Assembly: GCF_009914755.1 (NCBI RefSeq)
Contig: NC_060925.1
Origin: the human T2T-CHM13v2.0 reference genome, Homo sapiens
Direction: 5' to 3' (one strand)
DNA: 64,000 nt
The notes under the pieces were generated by a model that was not told where the DNA came from, ran no database searches, and saw only the letters and a list, made by a program, of their open reading frames with translations. Below, one piece after another: positions 29,001 to 43,900 of the stretch. Within the stretch, counting starts at the first letter, position 1; each line of letters begins with the position of its first letter. The position numbers and the translations under genes were made by a program.

Positions 29001-31279
29001 AAATGGAATCATTGAACGGAATTGAATGGAATCGTCATCGAATGAATTGAATGCAATCATCGAATGGTCTCGAATGGAATCATCTTCAAATGGAATGGAA
29101 TGGAATCATCGCATAGAATCGAATGGAATTATCATCGAATGGAATCGAATGGAATCAACATCAAACGGAAAAAAACGGAATTATCGAATGGAATCGAAGA
29201 GAATCATCGAATGGACCCGAATGGAATCATCTAATGGAATGGAATGGAATAATCCATGGACTCGAATGCAATCATCATCGAATGGAATCGAATGGAATCA
29301 TCCAATGGACTCGAATGGAATAATCATTGAACGGAATCGAATGGAATCATCATCGGATGGAAATGAATGGAATCATCATCGAATGGAATCGAATAGAATT
29401 ATGGAATGAAATCCAGTGTGATCATCATCGAATGGACCCGAATGGAATCATCATCCAACGGATGCTAATGGAATCAACATCGAATGAATCAAATGGAAAC
29501 ACCATCGAATTGAAACGAATGGAATTACCATGAAATTGAAATGGATGGACTCATCATCGAATGGATTTGAAAGGAATCATCGAATAAAATTGATTGAAAT
29601 CATCATCGAATGGAATCGAATGGTATCATTGAATGGAATCGAATGGAATCATCATCAGATGGAAATGAATGGAATCGTCATAGAATGGAATCGAATGGAT
29701 TCATTGAATGGAATCAGATGGAATCATCGAATGGACTGGAATGGAATCATTGAATGGACTCGAAAGAGATCATGATTGAATGGAATTGAATGGAATCATC
29801 GAATGGTCTCGATTGGAATCATTATCAAATGGAATCGAATGGAATCACCGAATAGAATCGAATGGAACAATCATCGAATGGACTCAAATGGAATTATCCT
29901 CCAATGGAATCGAATGGAATTATCGAATGCAATCGAATGGAATTATCGAATGCAATCGAATAGAATCATCGAATGGACTCGAATGGAATCATCGAATGGA
30001 ATGGAATGGAACAGTCAATGAACTCGAATGGAATCATCATTGAATGGAATCGAATGGAATCATCGAGTGGAATCGAATGGAATTATGATCAAATGGAATC
30101 GAATGTAATCATCATCAAATGGAATCAAAAATAACCATCATCAATTGGTATTGAATGGAATTGTCATCAAATGGAATTCAAAGGAAACATCATCAAATGG
30201 AACCGAATGGAATCCTCATTGAATGGAAATGAAAGGGGTCATCATCTAATGGAATCGCATGGAATCATCATCAAATGGAATCGAATGGAATCATCATCAA
30301 ATGGAATCTAATGGAATCATTGAACAGAATTGAATGGAATCGTCATCGAATGAATTGAATGCAATCATCGAATGGTCTCGAATGGAACCATCTTCTAATG
30401 GAAAGGAATGGAATCATCGCATAGAATCGAATGGAATTATCATCGAATGGAATCGAATGGTATCAACACCAAACGGAAAAAAACGGAATTATCGAATGGA
30501 ATCGAAGAGAATCTTCGAACGGACCCGAATGGAATCATCTAATGGAATGGAATGGAATAATCCATGGACTCGAATGCAATGATCATCGAATGGAATCGAA
30601 TGGAACCATCGAATGGACTCGAATGAAATAATCATTGAACGGAATCGAATGGAATCATCATCGGATGGAAATGAAAGGAGTCATCATCTAATGGAATTGC
30701 ATGGAATCATCATAAAATGGAATCGAATGGAATCAACATCAAATGGAATCAAATGGAATCATTGAACGGAATTGAATGGAATCGTCATCGAATGAATTGA
30801 ATGCAATCATCGAATGGTCTCGAATGGAATCATCTTCAAATGGAATGGAATGGAATCATCGCATAGAATCGAATGGAATTATCATCGAATGGAATCGAAT
30901 GGAATCAACATCAAACGGAAAAAAACAGAATTATCGTATGGAATCGAAGAGAATCATCGAATGGACCCGAATGGAATCATCTAATGGAATGGAATGGAAT
31001 AATCCATGGACTCGAATGCAATCATCATCGAATGGAATCGAATGGAATCATCGAATGGACTCGAATGGAATAATCATTGAACGGAATCGAATGGAATCAT
31101 CATCGGATGGAAATGAATGGAATCATCATCGAATGGAATCGAATAGAATTATGGAATGAAATCCAGTGTGATCATCATCGAATGGACCCGAATGGAATCA
31201 TCATCCAACGGAAGCTAATGGAATCAACATCGAATGAATCGAATGGAAACACCATCGAATTGAAACGAATGGAATTATC
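26030..31279 (+). repeat. Three tandem near-identical 1,750 bp units
   Basis: Anchors at 26030, 27780, 29530 and 31280. Shared variants GCAATGATCA and GAATGAAATA; the first module is 442 bp. Confidence 0.95.
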
Positions 31280-33202
31280 ATGAAACTGAAATGGATGGAC
31301 TCATCATCGAATGGATTCGAATGGAATCATCGAATAAAATTGATTGAAATCATCATCCAATGGAATCGAATGGTATCATTGAATGGAATCGAATGGAATC
31401 ATCATCAGATGGAAATGAATGGAATCGTCATAGAATGGAATCGAATGGATTCATTGAATGGAATCAGATGGAATCATCGAATGGACTGGAATGGAATCAT
31501 TGAATGGACTCGAAAGGGATCATGATTGAATGGAATTGAATGGAATCATCGAATGGTCTCGATTGGAATCATTAACAAATGGAATCGAATGGAATCACCG
31601 AATAGAATCGAATGGAACAATCATCGAATGGACTCAAATGGAATTATCCTCCAATGGAATCGAATGGAATTATCGAATGCAATCGAATGGAATTATCGAA
31701 TGCAATCGAATAGAATCATCGAATGGACTCGAATGGAATCATCGAATGGAATGGAATGGAACAGTCAAGGAACTCGAATGGAATCATCATTGAATGGAAT
31801 CGAATGGAATCATCGAGTGGAATCGAATGGAAATATGATCAAATGGAATCGAATATAATCATCATCAAATGGAATCAAAAATAACCATCATTAATTGGTA
31901 TTGAATGGAATTCTCATCAAATGGAATTCAAAGGAATCATCATCAAATGGAACTGAATGGAATCCTCATTGAATGGAAATGAAAGGGGTCATCATCTAAT
32001 GGAATCGCATGGAATCATCATCAAATGGAATCGAATGGAATCATCATCAAATGGAATCTGATGGAATCATTGAACAGAATTGAATGGAATCGTCATCGAA
32101 TGAATTGAATGCAATCATCGAATGGTCTCGAATGTAATCACATTCTAATGGAAAGGAATGGAATCATCGCATAGAATCGAATGGAATTAACATTGAATGG
32201 ACTCGAATGGAATCAACATCAAACGGAATCAAGCGGAATTATCGAATGGAATCGAAGAGAATCATCGAATGGTCTCGAATGGAATCATCTTCTAATGGAA
32301 AGGAATGGAATCATCGCATAGAATCGAATGGAATTAACATTGAATGGACTCGAATGGAATCAACATCAAATGGAATCAAGCGGAATTATCGAATGAAATC
32401 GAAGAGAATCATCGAATGGACTCGAATGGAATCATCTAATGGAATGGAATGGAATAATCCACGGACTCGAATGCAATCATCATTGTATAGAATCGAATGG
32501 AATCATCGAATGGACTCGAATGGAATAAACATTGAACGGAATAGAATGGAATCATCATCGGAAGGAAACGAATGGAATCATCATCGAATGGAAATGTAAG
32601 GAGTCATCATCTAATGGAATTGCATGGAATCATCATAAAATGGAATCGAATGGAATCATCATCAAATGGAATCAAATGGAATCATTGAACGGAATTGAAT
32701 GGAATCGTCATCGAATGAATTGAATGCAATCATCGAATGGTCTCGAATGGAATCATCTTCAAATGGAATGGAATGGAATCATCGCATAGAATCGAATGGA
32801 ATTATCATCGAATGGAATCGAATGGTATCAACATCAAACGGAAAAAAACGGAATTATCGAATGGAATCGAAGAGAATCTTCGAACGGACCCGAAAGGAAT
32901 CATCTAATGGAATGGAATGGAATAATCCATGGACTCGAATGCAATCATCATCGAATGGAATCGAATGGAATCATTGAATGGACTCGAATGGAATAATCAT
33001 TGAACGGAATCGAATGGAATCATCATCGGATGGAAATGAATGGAATCATCATCGAATGGAATCGAATAGAATTATGGAATGAAATCCAGTGTGATCATCA
33101 TCGAATGGACCCGAATGGAATCATCATCCAACGGAAGCTAATGGAATCAACATCGAATGAATCGAATGGAAACACCATCGAATTGAAACGAATGGAATTA
33201 TC
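31280..33202 (+). repeat. 1,923 bp unit (1776+147) with the divergent module
   Basis: Contains TGTAATCACATT, CAAGCGG (twice), CCACGG, TTGTATAG and ATGTAAGG, as in the module at 7.1-7.75 kb. Confidence 0.92.
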
Positions 33203-34978
33203 ATGAAATTGAAATGGATGGACTCATCATCGAATGGATTCGAATGGAATCATCGAATAAAATTGATTGAAATCATCATCGAATGGAATCGAATGGTATC
33301 ATTGAATGGAATCGAATGGAATCGTCATCAGATGGAAATGAATGGAATCGTCATAGAATGGAATCGAATGGATTCATTGAATAGAATCAGATGGAATCAT
33401 CGAATGGACTGGAATGGAATCATTGAATGGACTCGAAAGGGATCATTATTGAATGGAATTGAATGGAATCATCGAATGGTCTCGATTGGAATCATTATCA
33501 AATGGAATCGAATGGAATCACCGAATAGAATTGAATGGAACAATCATCGAATGGACTCAAATGGAATTATCCTCAAATGGAATCGAATGGAATTATCGAA
33601 TGCAATCGAATGGAATTATCGAATGCAATCGAATAGAATCATCGAAAGGACTCGAATGGAATCATCGAATGGAATGGAATGGAACAGTCAATGAACTCGA
33701 ATGGAATCATCATTGAATGGAATCGAATGGAATCATCGAGTGGAATCGAATGGAATTATGATCAAATGGAATCGAATGTAATCATCATCAAATGGAATCA
33801 AAAATAACCATCATCAATTGGTATTGAATGGAATTGTCATCAAATGGAATTCAAAGGAATCATCATCAAATGGAACCGAATGGAATCCTGATTGAATGGA
33901 AATGAAAGGGGTCATCATCTAATGGAATCGCATGGAATCATCATCAAATGGAATCGAATGGAATCATCATCAAATGGAATCTAATGGAATCATTGAAAAG
34001 AATTGAATGGAATCATCATCGAATTAATTGAATGCAATCATCGAATGGTCTCGAATGGAATCATCTTCTAATGGAAAGGAATGGAATCATCGCATAGAAT
34101 CGAATGGAATTATCATCGAATGGAATCGAATGGTATCAACACCAAACGGAAAAAAACGGAATTATCGAATGGAATCGAAGAGAATCTTCGAACGGACCCG
34201 AATGGAATCATCTAATGGAATGGAATGGAATAATCCATGGACTCGAATGCAATCATCATCGAATGGAATCGAATGGAATCATCGAATGGACTCGAATGGA
34301 ATAATCATTGAACGGAATCGAATGGAATCATCAACGGATGGAAACGAATGGAATCATCATCGAATGGAAATGAAAGGAGTCATCATCTAATGGAATTGCA
34401 TGGAATCATCATAAAATGGAATCGAATGGAATCAACATCAAATGGAATCAAATGGAATCATTGAACGGAATTGAATGGAATCGTCATCGAATGAATTGAA
34501 TGCAATCATCGAATGGTCTCGAATGGAATCATCTTCAAATGGAATGGAATGGAATCATCGCATAGAATCGAATGGAATTATCATCGAATGGAATCGAATG
34601 GAATCAACATCAAACGGAAAAAAACGGAATTATCGAATGGAATCGAAGAGAATCATCGAATGGACCCGAATGGAATCATCTAATGGAATGGAATGGAATA
34701 ATCCATGGACTCGAATGCAATCATCATCGAATGGAATCGAATGGAATCATCGAATGGACTCGAATGGAATAATCATTGAACGGAATCGAATGGAATCATC
34801 ATCGGATGGAAATGAATGGAATCATCATCGAATGGAATCGAATAGAATTATGGAATGAAATCCAGTGTGATCATCATCGAATGGACCCGAATGGAATCAT
34901 CATCCAACGGAAGCTAATGGAATCAACATCGAATGAATCAAATGGAAACACCATCGAATTGAAACGAATGGAATTACC

Positions 34979-37900
34979 ATGAAATTGAAATGGATGGACT
35001 CATCATCAAATGGATTCGAGTGGAATCATCGAATAAAATTGATTGAAATCATCATCGAATGGAATCGAATGGTATCATTGAATGGAATCGAATGGAATCA
35101 TCATCAGATGGAAATGAATGGAATCGTCATAGAATGGAATCGAATGGATTCATTGAATGGAATCAGATGGAATCATTGAATGGACTGGAATGGAATCATT
35201 GAATGGACTCGAAAGGGATCATTATTGAATGGAATTGAATGGAATCATCGAATGGTCTCGATTGGAATCATTATCAAATGGAATCGAATGGAATCACCGA
35301 ATAGAATCGAATGGAACAATCATCGAATGGACTCAAATGGAATTATCCTCAAATGGAATCGAATGGAATTATCGAATGCAATCGAATGGAATTATCGAAT
35401 GCAATCGAATAGAATCATCGAATGGACTCGAATGGAATCATCGAATGGAATGGAATGGAACAGTCAATGAACTCGAATGGAATCATCATTGAATGGAATC
35501 GAATGGAATCATCGAGTGGAATCGAATGGAATTATGATCAAATGGAATCGAATGTAATCATCATCAAATGGAATCAAAAATAACCATCATCAATTGGTAT
35601 TGAATGGAATTGTCATCAAATGGAATTCAAAGGAATCATCATCAAATGGAACCGAATGGAATCCTCATTGAATGGAAATGAAAGGGGTCATCATCTAATG
35701 GAATCGCATGGAATCATCATCAAATGGAATCGAATGGAATCATCATCAAATGGAATCTAATGGAATCATTGAAAGAATTGAATGGAATCATCATAGAATG
35801 AATTGAATGCAATCACCGACTGGTCTCGAATGGAATCATCTTCTAATGGAAAGGAATGGAATCATCGCATAGAATCGAATGGAATTATCATCGAATGGAA
35901 TCGAATGGTATCAAAACCAAACGGAAAAAAACGGAATTATCGAATGGAATCGAAGAGAATCTTCGAACGGACCCGAATGGAATCATCTAATGGAAAGGAA
36001 TGGAATAATCCATGGACTCGAATGCAATAATCATCGAATGGAATCAAATGGAATCATCGAATGGACTCGAATGGAATAATCATTGAACGGAATCGAATGG
36101 AATCATCATCGGATGGAAACGAATGGAATCATCATCGAATGGCAATGAAAGGAGTCATCATCTAATGGAATTGCATGGAATCTTCATAAAATGGAATCGA
36201 ATGAAATCAACATCAAATGGAATCAAATGGAATCATTGAACGGAATTGAATGGAATCGTCATCGAATGAATTGAATGCAATCATCGAATGGTCTCGAATG
36301 GAATCATCTTCAAATGGAATGGAATGGAATCATCGCATAGAATCGAATGGAATTATCATCGAATGGAATCGAATGGAATCAACATCAAACGGAAAAAAAC
36401 GGAATTATCGAATGGAATCGAAGAGAATCATCGAACGGACCCGAATGGAATCATCTAATGGTATGGAATGGAATAATCCATGGACTCGAATGCAATCATC
36501 ATCAAATGGAATCGAATGGAATCATCGAATGGATTCGAATGGAATAATCATTGAACGGAATCGAATGGAATCATCATCGGATGGAAATGAATGGAATCAT
36601 CATCGAATGGAATCGAATAGAATTATGGAATGAAATCCAGTGTGATCATCATCGAATGGACCCGAATGGAATCATCATCCAACGGAAGCTAATGGAATCA
36701 ACATCGAATGAATCAAATGGAAACACCATCGAATTGAAACGAATGGAATTACCATGAAATTGAAATGGATGGACTCATCATCGAATGGATTCGAATGGAA
36801 TCATCGAATAAAATTGATTGAAATCATCATCGAATGGAATCGAATGGTATCATTGAATGGAATCGAATGGAATCATCATCAGATGGAAATGAATGGAATC
36901 GTCATAGAATGGAATCGAATGGATTCATTGAATGGAATCAGAATGAATCATCGAATGGACTGGAATGGAATCATTGAATGGACTCGAAAGGGATCATGAT
37001 TGAATGGAATTGAATGGAATCATCGAATGGTCTCGATTGGAATCATTATCAAATGGAATCGAATGGAATCACCGAATAGAATCGAATGGAACAATCATCG
37101 AATGGACTCAAATGGAATTATCCTCAAATGGAATCGAATGGAATTATCGAATGCAATCGAATAGAATCATCGAATGGACTCGAATGGAATCATCGAATGG
37201 AATGGTATGGAACAGTCAATGAACTCGAATGGAATCATCATTGAATGGAATCGAATGGAATCATCGAGTGGAATCGAATGGAATTATGATCAAATGGAAT
37301 CGAATGTAATCATCATCAAATGGAATCAAAAATAACCATCATCAATTGGTATGGAATGGAATTGTCATCAAATGGAATTCAAAGGAATCATCATCAAATG
37401 GAACCGAATGGAATCCTCATTGAATGGAAATGAAAGGGGTCATCATCTAATGGAATCGCATGGAATCATCATCAAATGGAATCGAATGGAATCATCATCA
37501 AATGGAATCTAATGGAATCATTGAAAAGAATTGAATGGAATCGTCATCGAATGAATTGAATGCAATCATCGAATGGTCTCGAATGGAATCATCTTCTAAT
37601 GGAAAGGAATGGAATCATCGCATAGAATCGAATGGAATTATCATCGAATGGAATCGAATGGTATCAACACCAAACGGAAAAAAACGGAATTATCGAATGG
37701 AATCGAAGAGAATCTTCGAACGGACCCGAATGGAATCATCTAATGGAATGGAATGGAATAATCCATGGACTCGAATGCAATCATCATCGAATGGAATCGA
37801 ATGGAATCATCGAATGGACTCGAATGGAATAATCATTGAACGGAATCGAATGGAATCATCATCGGATGGAAATGAATGGAATCATCATCGAATGGAATCG

Positions 37901-40900
37901 AATAGAATTATGGAATGAAATCCAGAGTGATCATCATCGAATGGACCCGAATGGAATCATCATACAACGGAAGCTAATGGAATCAACATCGAATGAATCA
38001 AATGGAAACACCATCGAATTGAAACGAATGGAATTATCATGAAATTGAAATGGATGGACTCATCATCGAATGGATTCGAATGGAATCATCGAATAAAATT
38101 GATTGAAATCATCATCGAATGGAATCGAATGGTATCATTGAATGGAATCGAATGGAATCATCATCAGATGGAAATGAATGGAATCGTCATAGAATGGAAT
38201 CGAATGGATTCATTGAATGGAATCAGATGGAATCATCGAATGGACTGGAATGGAATCATTGAATGGACTCGAAAGGGATCATTATTGAATGGAATTGAAT
38301 GGAATCATCGAATGGTCTCGATTGGAATCATTATCAAATGGAATCGAATGGAATCACCGAATAGAATCGAATGGAACAATCATCGAATGGACTCAAATTG
38401 AATTTTCCTCAAATGGAATCGAATGGAATTATCGAATGCAATCGAATGGAATTATCGAATGCAATCGAATAGAATCATCGAATGGACTCGAATGGAATCA
38501 TCGAATGGAATGGAATGGAACAGTCAATGAATTCGAATGGAATCATCATTGAATGGAATCGAATGGAATCATCGAGTGGAATCGAATGGAATTATGATCA
38601 AATGGAATCGAATGTAATCATCATCAAATGGAATCAAAAATAACCATCATCAATTGGTATTGAATGGAATTGTCATCAAATGGAATTCAAAGGAATCATC
38701 ATCAAATGGAACCGAATGGAATCCTCATTGAATGGAAATGAAAGGGGTCATCATCTAATGGAATCGCATGGAATCATCATCAAATGGAATCGAAAGGAAT
38801 CATCATCAAATGGAATCTAATGGAATCATTGAACAGAATTGAATGGAATCGTCATCGAATGAATTGAATGCAATCATCGAATGGTCTCGAATGGAATCAT
38901 CTTCTAATGGAAAGGAATGGAATCATCGCATAGAATCGAATGGAATTATCATCGAATGGAATCGAATGGTATCAACACCAAACGGAAAAAAACGGAATTA
39001 TCGAATGGAATCGAAGAGAATCTTCGAACGGACCCAAATGGAATCATCTAATGGAATGGAATGGAATAATCCATGGACTCGAATGCAATCATCATCGAAT
39101 GGAATCGAATGGAATCATCGAATGGACTCGAATGGAATAATCGTTGAACGGAATCAAATGGAATCATCATTGGATGGAAACGAATGGAATCATCATCGAA
39201 TGGAAATGAAAGGAGTCATCATCTAATGGAATTGCATGGAATCATCATAAAATGGAATCGAATGGAATCAACATCAAATGGAATCAAATGGAATCATTGA
39301 ACGGAATTGAATGGAATCGTCATCGAATGAATTGACTGCAATCATCGAATGGTCTCGAATGGAATCATCTTCAAATGGAATGGAATGGAATCATCGCAAA
39401 GAATCGAATGGAATTATCATCGAATGGAATCGAATGGAATCATCGCATAGAATCGAATGGAATTATCATCGAATGGAATCGAATGGAATCAACATCAAAC
39501 GGAAAAAAAAGAAATTATCGTATGGAATCGAAGAGAATCATCGAATGGACCCGAATGGAATCATCTAATGGTATGGAATGGAATAATCCATGGACTCGAA
39601 TGCAATCATCATCGAATGGAATCGAATGGAATCATCGAATGGACTCGAATGGAATAATCATTGAACGGAATCGAATGGAATCATCATCGGATGGAAATGA
39701 ATGGAATCATCATCGAATGGAATCGAATAGAATTATGGAATGAAATCCAGTGTCATCATCATCGAATGGACCCGAATGGAATCATCATCCAACGGAAGCT
39801 AATGGAATCAACATCGAATGAATCGAATGGAAACACCATCGAATTGAAACGAATGGAATTATCATGAAATTGAAATGGATGGACTCATCATCGAATGGAT
39901 TCGAATGGAATCATCGAATAAAATTGATTGAAATCATCAACAAATGGAATCGAATGGTATCATTGAATGGAATCGAATGGAATCATCATCAGATGGAAAT
40001 GAATGGAATCGTCATAGAATGGAATCGAATGGATTCATTGAATGGAATCAGATGGAATCATCGAATGGACTGGAATGGAATCATTGAATGGACACGAAAG
40101 GATTCATTATTGAATGGAATTGAATGGAATCATCGAATGGTCTCGATTGGAATCATTATCAAATGGAATCGAATGGAATCACCGAATAGAATCGAATGGA
40201 ACAATCATCGAATGGACTCAAATGGAATTATCCTCAAATGGAATCGAATGGAAATATCGAATGCAATCGAATGGAATTATCGAATGCAATCGAATAGAAT
40301 CATCGAATGGACTCGAATGGAATCATCGAATGGAATGGAATGGAACAGTCAATGAACTCGAATGGAATCATCATTGAATGGAATCGAATGGAATCATCGA
40401 GTGGAATCGAATGGAATTATGATCAAATGGAATCGAATGTAATCATCATCAAATGGAATCAAAAATAACCATCATCAATTGGTATTGAATGGAATTGTCA
40501 TCAAATGGAATTCAAAGGAATCATCATCAAATGGAACCGAATGGAATCCTCATTGAATGGAAATGAAAGGGGTCATCATCTAATGGAATCGCATGGAATC
40601 ATCATCAAATGGAATCGAATGGAATCATCATCAAATGGAATCTAATGGAATCATTGAACAGAATTGAATGGAATCGTCATCGAATGAATTGAATGCAATC
40701 ATCGAATGGTCTCGAATGGAACCATCTTCTAATGGAAAGGAATGGAATCATCGCATAGAATCGAATGGAACAATCATCGAATGGACTCAAATGGAATTAT
40801 CCTCAAATGGAATGGAATGGAATTATCGAATGCAATCGAATGGAATTATAGAATGCAATCGAATAGAATCATCGAATGGACTCGAATGGAATAATCATTG

Positions 40901-43900
40901 AACGGAATCGAATGGAATCATCATCGGATGGAAACGAATGGAATCATCATCGAATGGAAATGAAAGGAGTCATCATCTAATGGAATCGCATGGAATCATG
41001 ATAAAATGGAATCGAATGGAATCAACATCAAATGGAATCAAATGGAATCATTGAACGGAATTGAATGGAATCGTCATCGAATAAATTGAATGCAATCATC
41101 GAATGGTCTCGAATGGAATCATCTTCAAATGGAATGGAATGGAATCATCGCATAGAATCGAATGGAATTATCATCGAATGGAATCGAATGGAATCAACAT
41201 CAAACGGAAAAAAACGGAATTATCGAATGGAATCGAAGAGAATCATCGAATGGACCCGAATGGAATCATCTAATGGAATGGAATGGAATAATCCATGGAC
41301 TCGAATGCAATCATCATCGAATGGAATCGAATGGAATCATCGAATGGACTCGAATGGAATAATCATGGAACGGAATCGAATGGAATCATCATCGGATGGA
41401 AATGAAAGGAGTCATCATCTAATGGAATTGCATGGAATCATCATAAAATGGAATCGAATGGAATCAACATCAAATGGAATCAAATGGAATCATTGAACGG
41501 AATTGAATGGAATCGTCATCGAATGAATTGAATGCAATCATCGAATGGTCTCGAATGGAATCATCTTCAAATGGAATGGAATGGAATCATTGCATAGAAT
41601 CGAATGGAATTGTCATCGAATGGAATCGAATGGAATCAACATCAAACGGAAAAAAACGGAATTATCGAATGGAATCGAAGAGAATCATCGAATGGACCCG
41701 AATGGAATCATCTAATGGAATGGAATGGAATAATCCATGGACTCGAATGCAATCATCATCGAATGGAATCGAATGGAATCATCGAATGGACTCGAATGGA
41801 ATAATCATTGAACGGAATCGAATAGAATCATCATCGGATGGAAATGAATGGAATCATCATCGAATGGAATCGAATAGAATTATGGAATGAAATCCAGTGT
41901 GATCATCATCGAATGGACCCGAATGGAATCATCATCCAACGGATGCTAATGGAATCAACATCGAATGAATCAAATGGAAACACCATCGAATTGAAACGAA
42001 TGGAATTACCATGAAATTGAAATGGATGGACTCATCATCGAATGGATTCGAAAGGAATCATCGAATAAAATTCATTGAAATCATCATCGAATGGAATCGA
42101 ATGGTATCATTGAATGGAATCGAATGGAATCATCATCAGATGGAAATGAATGGAATCGTCATAGAATGGAATCGAATGGATTCATTGAATGGAATCAGAT
42201 GGAATCATCGAATGGACTGGAATGGAATCATTGAATGGACTCGAAAGGGATCATGATTGAATGGAATTGAATGGAATCATCGAATGGTCTCGATTGGAAT
42301 CATTATCAAATGGAATCGAACGGAATCACCGAACAGAATCGAATGGAACAATCATCGAATGGACTCAAATGGAATTATCCTCAAATGGAATCGAATGGAA
42401 ATATCGAATGCATTCGAATGGAATTATTGAATGCAATCGAATAGAATCATCGAATGGACTCGAATGGAATCATCGAATGGAATGGAATGGAACAGTCAAT
42501 GAACTCGAATGGAATCATCATTGAATGGAATCGAATGGAATCATCGAGTGGAATCGAATGGAATTATGATCAAATGGAATCGAATGTAATCCTCATCAAA
42601 TGGAATCAAAAATAACCATCATCAATTGGTATTCAATGGAAATGTCATCAAATGGAATTCAAAGGAATCATCATCAAATGGAACCGAATGGAATCCTCAT
42701 TGAATGGAAATGAAAGGGGTCATCATCTAATGGAATCGCATGGAATCATCATCAAATGGAATCGAATGGAATCATCATCAAATGGAATCTAATGGAATCA
42801 TTGAACAGAATTTAATGGAATCGTCATCGAATGAATTGAATGCAATCATCGAATGGTCTCGAATGGAACCATCTTCTAATGGAAAGGAATGGAATCATCG
42901 CATAGAATCGAATGGAATTGTCATCGAATGGAATCGAATGGTATCAAAACCAAACGGAAAAAAACGGTATTATAGAATGGAATCGAAGAGAATCTTCGAA
43001 CGGACCCGAATGGAATCATCTAATGGAATGGAATGGAATAATCCATGGACTCGAATGCAATCATCATCGAATGGAATTGAATGGAATCATCGAATGGACT
43101 CGAATGGAATAATCATTGAACGGAATCGAATGGAATCATCATCGGATGGAAACGAATGGAATCATCATCGAATGGGAATGAAAGGAGTCATCATCTAATG
43201 GAATTGCATGGAATCATCATAAAATGGAATCGAATGGAATCAACATCAAATGGAATCAAATGGAATCATTGAATGGAATTGAATGGAATCGTCATCGAAT
43301 GAATTGAATGCAATCATCGAATGGTCTCGAATGGAATCATCTTCAAATGGAATGGAATGGAATCATCGCATAGAATCGAATGGAATTATCATCGAATGCA
43401 ATCGAATGGAATCAACACCAAACGGAAAAAAACGGAATTATCGAATGGAATCGAAGAGAATCATCGAATGGACCCGAATGGAATCATCTAATGGAATGGA
43501 ATGGAATAATCCAAGGACTCGAATGCAATCATCATCGAATGGAATCGAATGGAATCATCGAATGGACTCGAATGGAATAATCATTGAACGGAATCGAATG
43601 GAATCATCATCGGATGGAAATGAATGGAATCGTCATCGAATGGAATCGAATAGAATTATGGAATGAAATCCAGTGTGATCATCATCGAATGGACCTGAAT
43701 GGAATCATCATCCAACGGAAGCTAATGGAATCATCATCGAATGAATCAAATGGAAACACCATCGAATTGAAACGAATGGAATTACCATGAAATTGAAATG
43801 GATGGACTCATCATCAAATGTGTTCGAATGGAATCATCGAATAAAATTGATTGAAATCATCATCGAATGGAATCGAATGGTATCATTGAATGGAATCGAA

